From the IMG/VR virus record IMGVR_UViG_3300025101_000019, positions 32,001 through 96,000 of that record: 64,000 bases of DNA; one strand, 5' to 3'. Shown one piece after another: positions 56,472 through 64,000 of this stretch. Under the pieces are notes generated by a model. That model had not been told where the DNA came from. It saw nothing but the letters and a program-made list of their open reading frames with translations, and did no database searches. This stretch comes from a virus. The position numbers and the translations under genes were made by a program. Within the stretch, counting starts at the first letter, position 1. The number at the start of each line of letters is the position of its first letter.

Positions 56472-57649
56472 GTTTTCAACAAAGTTATTAACATTATACA
56501 GAATGAGGCAAAAGAAAGGTGGCTAATTCAGTAGAATACTGGCTCAGAGGGGACTTTCCTATGGACTAAAAAACCGACCCCGGTATAAGAACGGCTCACA
56601 GGCGACTGTAACTTGCTGATTACCAGTGGATTACACGAAAATACCCGCCCCCTTCGCTCAGTCACATGCGTTCCTTCGCTCCGTAGGCCTGTGATTTCCC
56701 CCTTGGGTTGTCCTACCTCATCTGGCTCAGAGGCCTGAATAGGGTTAAATAAGGTTAAATTCGGGCTTGGGTGTCTCTCCCTATACCTATGTATCCGTAT
56801 ATACTGGCTTTTTTAGCTACTTTTTTTTTATATCACTTTTGCTTTTAGTGTCACCGCAGGGTTTTTTAAACCAGGCCCCCCCATAAAGATACGAAAAATA
56901 TTTTAAATGGCCAAATAAAAAGTGTTAAATCGGCAATAAAGTTATCAACATGACACGATGTCAGTTGCGTTGAGGGCAAAGTTATTAACAATTTTATTAA
57001 CAATTTAAAGTTATTAACAATTAAATGCTAACAGTATGACATAATGTCCGACTTATCAGGCGGTGACATAACCCCTTGAGCGTCAACGCTTTAAGCCCTT
57101 TTACTTAAAGTATCCCTCGAACATGACAATATGACCGAATTTTTATGGCTAAAAAGGGCAAAATACACCCCAAAAATACTTTTTCCTCAGGAAATTTTGG
57201 TTTGCCGCGAGAAACGGACTTGTGCCTGTCTATAATTGTGGTAAATTTAGACCCATAGGGGTTATCTAAGTAGAGTTTAACAGAATTGTGGGAAATCTTA
57301 ATGATTTAGCGCTGAAATCCCTTTACCTCATCTTATCCCTCATCTTCCAATAAAGAAATAGACGCATTAAATAAGGTTAAAATTATTCGGTGTTTACCAT
57401 TAAGTGGGAAAAAGTGGTAGAAAAGGGTGGAAAAGTGGGGGTTACTTATCAAGGTAATGGAAGAATCGGTTCATTATAAACCAAAAGCATAAGAATATAA
57501 GAATTATCTTTATGATTAACATATCTGAAGATAAATAGGGGTTAACGAGCATAAAAAAAGTCCTCGTCTGAGAACTTGTTTCGATGACTTATATAAGTAA
57601 ATATTAGGGGATTTTACCCTTGTTAAACTTTCGTGGGTAATTAAGGACT
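56472..57649. other. ~1.2 kb ORF-free control region (candidate origin/terminus/ncRNA)
   Basis: No ORF >=60 aa; contains a promoter, TTAT(T/C)AACA clusters, IHF-like palindromes, TGACA-N3-TGTC boxes and GTGG repeats. Confidence 0.6.
56884..56928 (-). promoter_or_regulatory. Promoter (single TTAACA) firing into an ORF-free region
   Basis: TTAACA-N7-TTTG-N20-TATCTTTA. Confidence 0.6.
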
Positions 57650-57874
57650 CTACCCTACGATAATTGTCTTACCTTGATTCCAGCTCTCTATATGGTATCT
57701 GAAGTCGTGTAGGTCGAGAAACTCGTGAACTATTCTCCTCATCTCAGGGGAATTACCATGAATGATTTGTGTGTCAAGATAAGGTTTGTCGTACCCTAAA
57801 AGGTTTTGCTCTAAAATTAAACTAGCGTCCTTATGTCTTATACCATGTAAATCTATTATCTTCATAACATTCAC
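57650..57874 (-). CDS. Stand-alone Smr-domain protein
   Basis: IDLHG, IIHGNS, NQGKTII. Confidence 0.75.
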   Translation of the reverse strand: MNVMKIIDLHGIRHKDASLILEQNLLGYDKPYLDTQIIHGNSPEMRRIVHEFLDLHDFRYHIESWNQGKTIIVG

Positions 57875-57883
57875 ACCCTACAA

Positions 57884-58153
57884 TTATTTATTCCATTCAT
57901 CATTGAAATAAGTGTCGTTTGGGCGTTTAACCTCATCTCTATTGTCTATTATATCATCACTAAAAAGGGATTTAGGCGCCTGATAGAATTTATTCTTCTT
58001 ATCGTCAAATTGGTAAGCTTGAAAAGAAATTGTCTCCAATTGGGTACGATACGCTTGATAAAATGGATTGTGATAATGTATCTTCTTTATACCCTTATCC
58101 GTATGTATCGTTATAATACCTTCGTTATCTATTGTGATTGATTTAAGTTCCAT
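57884..58153 (-). CDS. Hypothetical protein
   Basis: Tightly packed ORF. Confidence 0.5.
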   Translation of the reverse strand: MELKSITIDNEGIITIHTDKGIKKIHYHNPFYQAYRTQLETISFQAYQFDDKKNKFYQAPKSLFSDDIIDNRDEVKRPNDTYFNDEWNK

Positions 58154-58169
58154 TGTTTGCTATATTTAC

Positions 58170-58320
58170 TTTATCGTGTTTTGAGTCACCGCAAGGTTGT
58201 CTTGGGTTGGGATATCTCTCAAAGCCAGAAGAGAGAATCGCATATAAGAAACATTTTGGATTCATTCAAAATTTTCTTTCGACACACGATATCGTCCCAT
58301 CTCGGAAGGTCGATGTACCC
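58170..58320. ncRNA. Candidate structured RNA element
   Basis: Several nested stems (TATCGTGT/ACACGATA, TCTCTC/GAGAGA, AAGAAA/TTTCTT, ATTTTG/CAAAAT, TGGGA/TCCCA, GGGT/ACCC) in an intergenic gap. Confidence 0.4.
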
Positions 58321-58323
58321 TTA

Positions 58324-58518
58324 TTAATCTTGGTTAGTTTGTAAGTCTTTATATATATCGTCTTCGGTAATGTCGATTGACATATCGAATCCTATATGGG
58401 GTCTTTGGGCGTTTTGTGCAAACCACATTCCTACATCACATAGAGAATCTACGATTGACCCTGATACTACTTCTTTAACTTCTTTCTTGCTCTTGTTTCC
58501 TACTTGTTTAAATGACAC
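58324..58518 (-). CDS. Hypothetical protein
   Basis: Tightly packed ORF. Confidence 0.45.
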   Translation of the reverse strand: MSFKQVGNKSKKEVKEVVSGSIVDSLCDVGMWFAQNAQRPHIGFDMSIDITEDDIYKDLQTNQD

Positions 58519-58523
58519 TTCTT

Positions 58524-58925
58524 TTACTCCGATTTCTTGTTTAAAAATAATTGATAACTTCCTTTAATAATATATAGTATTTTTTTTGTTATTGGCGTAA
58601 AGTCATAATCACTTATTTCATCTAAAGTAATCCACTTGACTTTTTGGTGTTCATTTAGTCTTGGTTTACCACTCTTGTATTTGATTAAATACGGATATAC
58701 CATTAACCCATGGAGTTCTCTTTCTGGAATGAGATAATATGTTTTTATCTCTATATCCAACTCCTCTTTCCATTCTCTCACGATTGCGTCATCGGGAGAT
58801 TCACCTTCTTCTACTTTTCCACCAGGTAGTTCCCATTTATTGGGAAATTTTGGGTTTGATTCTAATCTCTGACCTATAAGGAATTTATCCTCGTCCAGTA
58901 AAGTCCCACATACTATCTTCATCAT
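58524..58925 (-). CDS. NUDIX hydrolase (MutT-like)
   Basis: WELPGGKVEEGESPDDAIVREWKEELDI. Confidence 0.92.
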   Translation of the reverse strand: MMKIVCGTLLDEDKFLIGQRLESNPKFPNKWELPGGKVEEGESPDDAIVREWKEELDIEIKTYYLIPERELHGLMVYPYLIKYKSGKPRLNEHQKVKWITLDEISDYDFTPITKKILYIIKGSYQLFLNKKSE

Positions 58926-59082
58926 TGTCCTTACTATCTTCTCGGATTATTCCGAGGTCTTTGTAGTTGAATGGTAGGTCGTATTTCTTACACATGACAA
59001 TCATCACTTCTACTGCCTTTATCATTTTATTTGTGTTTTTATTCCACAAAAATGATTGCATTATATTGTCATCCATAATCAC
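58885..59082 (-). CDS. Hypothetical protein
   Basis: Tightly packed ORF. Confidence 0.4.
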   Translation of the reverse strand: MIMDDNIMQSFLWNKNTNKMIKAVEVMIVMCKKYDLPFNYKDLGIIREDSKDNDEDSMWDFTGRG

Positions 59083-59711
59083 TATCTTCTTATATTAGGT
59101 ATTTGAAAGTCTGACCAATCTCTACCTTTTAGGTTTTTATTATCGAAGTAGAATGTCCACTCGTGTTGTCCTGCCCATATTTGTTTTGTGAATCCACTCG
59201 GTATAAGTGCTCCACCCTCAACATATTCGGGTTCATTATCAAAGTGTATTGTTACATTCACTTTTACTGTTTCAAATACCTTGGATAAGTCTCGTTCAAA
59301 TCTTTCGAGTTCTTTCCATGGTCCTCTGTTTAGTGATTCGTGTTGTAATGCACAATTTAGATAATTAAATGTTTCTCTGAGTGTTTCCCTATCATAACAA
59401 TTGAATGCTGCTGCGGGTGCCATATGACCTTTGTCATATACATTTGCTTTATAGTCATTATTGTCTGAAGTTATATATCCCTTTGGTTTCCAAAAATCCA
59501 TCCCACTTCTACTGATTTCTCCTGTTGGACACATTATCTTATATGTCACTTGAAGTGGTTGTTGATAATCTTCACTATATACAACATCGTAGAGTTCACC
59601 ATCATAATGTTTGATTTGTGCATTTAATGTTGTTGCGAAACCAATAAGAGTGAAATATACCAATGCGAAATACATCAGTACATTTATAGAGTCAAATTTA
59701 TTGTTTTTCAT
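59082..59711 (-). CDS. Exported DNA/RNA non-specific endonuclease (NucA/EndoG-like)
   Basis: Signal peptide ending LNA-Q; YDKGHMAPAA, TFNYLN, LNRGPWKELE, IPSGFTK. Confidence 0.85.
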   Translation of the reverse strand: MKNNKFDSINVLMYFALVYFTLIGFATTLNAQIKHYDGELYDVVYSEDYQQPLQVTYKIMCPTGEISRSGMDFWKPKGYITSDNNDYKANVYDKGHMAPAAAFNCYDRETLRETFNYLNCALQHESLNRGPWKELERFERDLSKVFETVKVNVTIHFDNEPEYVEGGALIPSGFTKQIWAGQHEWTFYFDNKNLKGRDWSDFQIPNIRR

Positions 59712-59869
59712 TTTCTTGCTAAAACTTTATACTTAAGTGGTGGTCTGTTTCTCTGATATTGATTCATAGTCCACCTAAGTCTATCTGTTTTTACTATGAA
59801 TATATTATCTTCACCCTGTTCTGGGTCAAGGTAGGTTATTTGTACTTTGTATGATATTTTTCTAGCCAT
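59708..59869 (-). CDS. 53-aa hypothetical protein
   Basis: Not in ORF track. MARKISYKVQITY...WTMNQYQRNRPPLKYKVLARK; overlaps both neighbours. Confidence 0.5.
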   Translation of the reverse strand: MARKISYKVQITYLDPEQGEDNIFIVKTDRLRWTMNQYQRNRPPLKYKVLARK

Positions 59870-60380
59870 CGAATTCTAATTTTCGTTCAAAATATTGGGC
59901 AGCGTCCTGTATTTCAGGATTCTGTTTGATTGTCTGCATCGCAATCATATCTTTCATTTTAGTTGTTGACCATCCATGAGCTCTCGTTGTATATACAACT
60001 CTCGGTGGTAGGTCATCACCTGTAAAAGACTTGTTGATATAATCCTCACCTAAGATTCTTACATCGGGTTTAAAGAACTTAATTAAGTCATAAAGTTCTT
60101 CTTCTGTTTGATATACATATACTTCATCGATATATTGTATTGCCATCAATGTTCTATATCTTTCGTATAATGGTATAACTGGTTTGTATTTCGATTTCCT
60201 ATGAAGACTTGGGTCTTTCTGAAGAAATACTATAAAGTGGTCACAATGTCTTTTTGCTTCTTGAAAAGTATAAATATATCCAGGATGTAACAAATCAAAG
60301 TTACCTGCAACACACCCTACTATTTTTCGTTTACCTCTCATAGCCACATCGAATCGTTCTTTTTCTAAATCTCTATCCAT
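59862..60380 (-). CDS. TagD-like cytidylyltransferase
   Basis: AGNFDLLHPGY, KPVIPLYER, LGEDY, RAHGWSTT. Confidence 0.85.
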   Translation of the reverse strand: MDRDLEKERFDVAMRGKRKIVGCVAGNFDLLHPGYIYTFQEAKRHCDHFIVFLQKDPSLHRKSKYKPVIPLYERYRTLMAIQYIDEVYVYQTEEELYDLIKFFKPDVRILGEDYINKSFTGDDLPPRVVYTTRAHGWSTTKMKDMIAMQTIKQNPEIQDAAQYFERKLEFDG

Positions 60381-60714
60381 AAGTGTTTAATTGAGTATTA
60401 ATTTTATCTACTAACTTTTGATGTTTATTCAATCCATCATCTGTTAGTGTAGTTTTTAATTCTTCTAACAACTCAACAACTCTTCGTTTACCTCTGACTT
60501 TGGCGAATCCTCTGTTTTCTCTTTCTACTTGATATAAGAGAAATGCGATTTCGTCAGTTTGTCTCAACTTAGTTTCGTATTTACTGATTCTTGAGTCTAC
60601 TATCCTATTATCCGTTGAACTCCAATGTGGAACATATCCTTTGTACAACTCGTCTAATCTACCCTTGAGATACTGAATCTCCATCAGTTTGTTTAGTATT
60701 TTTGTTTCCATCAC
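60373..60714 (-). CDS. Hypothetical helical protein
   Basis: Tightly packed ORF. Confidence 0.5.
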   Translation of the reverse strand: MMETKILNKLMEIQYLKGRLDELYKGYVPHWSSTDNRIVDSRISKYETKLRQTDEIAFLLYQVERENRGFAKVRGKRRVVELLEELKTTLTDDGLNKHQKLVDKINTQLNTYG

Positions 60715-61350
60715 TTAATAGTTTTGCTTCTTCTTTTTGTAAATCCTTTGGTAAATCTTTATTCTTTACCTTTAGTTTAGTTTCTTCTTCTACTCGGTTA
60801 ACACAATATAGTCGTTGTTCTTTATTTCCTTTACCCCACAACCATCCAATAGTCCCTTTGATTTCTTCAATCTCAGTTAAAATCCTATTTGTGTTGTTAT
60901 CGAGTATTTTTTCATCATTTTTATCTAACTTGTAATTCACATCGAATTTACCTGCCAATTCCAACATCGTTGCCAAATCTTGTTTCTCATATGCCTCTTT
61001 TACTGACTGAAAAACCTCATGTCCATCTTTTAATTTATCAGGATGAGTTTTGGCTGCGAGTCTCTTATAGAGATTCTTTACCTTTGTTGGCGCATTCTTG
61101 AGGAGTTGTTTTTGTTCGTCAATTTCTTTTTGTCGTTCCTCTTGCTCTCTCTTTGCGTTTTCAAAGTGGGTTGCTGGATTTTCGAAATTCGTCTGATTAT
61201 TATCATTATTAGTTTTTACTGCTTTATCGTAGTACTTCTTGAAATAAGAATCAAAATCTTCAGTATATTTATCAAAATCTTCCTTGACATCTTCAAGTTC
61301 TAATTTTAAATAATCTAATTTTAATTTTAATATCTTAAGTTTTCGGTTCA

Positions 61351-61351
<1 letters not shown>
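60659..61351 (-). CDS. J-domain (DnaJ-like) co-chaperone
   Basis: VKNLYKRLAAKTHPDKL...FQSVKEAYE. Confidence 0.8.
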
Positions 61352-62952
<1,601 letters not shown>

Positions 62953-63561
62953 TTATTTACCTTTTTTTTGTTTTTCTCTTGCTTGTTTGATTTGTTCTGC
63001 TCTCCATTGTGGTTGTTTACCTCTAAGATTACCTCTTAGATTATGAAAACAGTTATAACATAAAAATCTGATATTATCTCTTTTGTGATTTGTCCAATCA
63101 TCGTCCATATGGTCAAGAATCAATGGAATTGTTCCATCTGTAACTCTTTTCTCATTGTAACCACAATTATGACATTCATGCGGAAATTCTAATTCAGGTT
63201 TATGTGAATTATTAATTAGTCTCTTCTTTAGTAAGAAAACAGGATACTTAGGATGTTTACCATCTAATATATCATTCAATGCGTATTTACCTTGAGTTAC
63301 ATTATATGGTTTCTTAACACCCTTACCTCTTTGATTCTTGTGTAAGTCCCAAAGATTTTTACCTGATTCTTCGTCTTTATATAATTTTGAATATTTTTGA
63401 TATGTAGTCAAGGACACATTTAAGAATCTTGCTGCGCCTGAATTTGACTTGGAGTTCTTCATCGCATACCGAATCTGTGCTTCAGTTAGGTTCAAAGGAG
63501 TTCGTCCTTTTCCTAATACATAACCATTTGGCAATTTAGTACCCTTTTTCATATCCTTCAT
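62953..63561 (-). CDS. HTH + HNH-like zinc-binding protein
   Basis: SNSGAARFLNVSLTTY (HTH); CHNC...LILDH...NIRFLCYNC. Confidence 0.7.
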   Translation of the reverse strand: MKDMKKGTKLPNGYVLGKGRTPLNLTEAQIRYAMKNSKSNSGAARFLNVSLTTYQKYSKLYKDEESGKNLWDLHKNQRGKGVKKPYNVTQGKYALNDILDGKHPKYPVFLLKKRLINNSHKPELEFPHECHNCGYNEKRVTDGTIPLILDHMDDDWTNHKRDNIRFLCYNCFHNLRGNLRGKQPQWRAEQIKQAREKQKKGK

Positions 63562-63578
63562 TTATATATAAATATGGT

Positions 63579-63803
63579 CTACCCATATTTTTCTACTATA
63601 CTCTCTAAAAATTGGAATTCTCTGAAAGTTAGTGTTTGTTGATTCTTTTGAATCTTTTCTTTTAAATCGTATAATCTTTTCTTGTCTCTATATGCAAATA
63701 ATCCTTTTATATGTTTTGGATTTGAGTAGACTATATCTTCTGCAACCCTAACAAAGTGAAAGTGTCTGTATAATTCTCTTTTAATTATTTTCATTGTTTC
63801 CAA
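63579..63803 (-). CDS. Hypothetical protein
   Basis: Tightly packed ORF. Confidence 0.45.
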   Translation of the reverse strand: METMKIIKRELYRHFHFVRVAEDIVYSNPKHIKGLFAYRDKKRLYDLKEKIQKNQQTLTFREFQFLESIVEKYG

Positions 63804-64000
63804 AATAATTGTACTGCTAATAAAGTAGATGCCAATACCAATGATACTGCCACCTTTGGTGTTATTCCTTGTTTAAAGAAATATGCGACACCGAATGCGT
63901 ATACTACCATTCCGATTGAAAATCCTAAAAACCTTGCTGGCCATAGTTGTCCATCAAATCCCTCTACTGCGTATTTAGTTCCCCATATATACAAAAATGA
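63791..64000 (-). CDS. Multi-TM membrane protein (5' partial)
   Basis: Frame open to the window end; hydrophobic helices. Confidence 0.55.
   Translation of the reverse strand, partial: SFLYIWGTKYAVEGFDGQLWPARFLGFSIGMVVYAFGVAYFFKQGITPKVAVSLVLASTLLAVQLFWKQ

Noticed and set aside
56495-56562. RNase P RNA-like words AGGAAAGTCC and ACAGAA
   Set aside because: The two motifs lie on opposite strands and too close together to form P4.
56472-57649. CRISPR array or DGR template/variable repeats
   Set aside because: No regularly spaced identical repeats, no adenine-specific repeat pair noticed, and no reverse transcriptase in the window.
58284-58298. Group I intron S-element-like ACGATATCGTCC
   Set aside because: No matching R element/P7 partner and no interrupted gene.
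58153-58344. Plus-strand 63-aa ORF
   Set aside because: Against the genome-wide strand bias, TTG start, no recognisable motif; the region is better explained as structured intergenic sequence.

Overview
This is a 64 kb AT-rich fragment of a large (jumbo-type) tailed dsDNA phage, very probably a myovirus of Bacteroidota/Flavobacteriia. Support for the host call: 14 TTTG/CTTG-N19-20-TAnnTT promoters, plus DUF4494-like and lipobox genes. Essentially all genes are on the minus strand. Read right to left, in the direction of transcription: GroEL/J-domain/nuclease/NUDIX accessory genes; a ~1.2 kb ORF-free control region (56.45-57.65 kb); tRNA-Arg, tRNA-CAU and tRNA-Leu; many small accessory genes (ThyA, SET domain, GT25, APS kinase, cytidylyltransferases); tRNA-Ala, two non-canonical tRNA-Gly and tRNA-Glu; a vWA/MoxR pair, Hsp20, UvsE, ClpP, HD protein and a gp55-like late sigma factor; a baseplate/tail module; endonuclease I, primase and an Mre11-Rad50 fusion; and a >3100 aa tail fibre that the ORF track missed because it runs off the left edge. 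The most notable observations are five. (1) A tandem pair of co-varying, structurally rewired tRNA-Gly (ACC and TCC) with their own promoter, candidates for non-ribosomal glycyl donors. (2) A complete 137-aa mini-intein/Hint domain inside the tail fibre, upstream of a chaperone-like C-terminal domain. (3) A promoter class carrying phased TTAACA-N5-TTAACA (Pho-box-like) sites. (4) Candidate ncRNAs and a dense cluster of host-factor-like binding sites. (5) [ST]-[GAS]-S motifs enriched in virion proteins, in a genome that also encodes glycosylation/sulfation enzymes. All protein calls rest on motif recognition by eye; no database searches were run.
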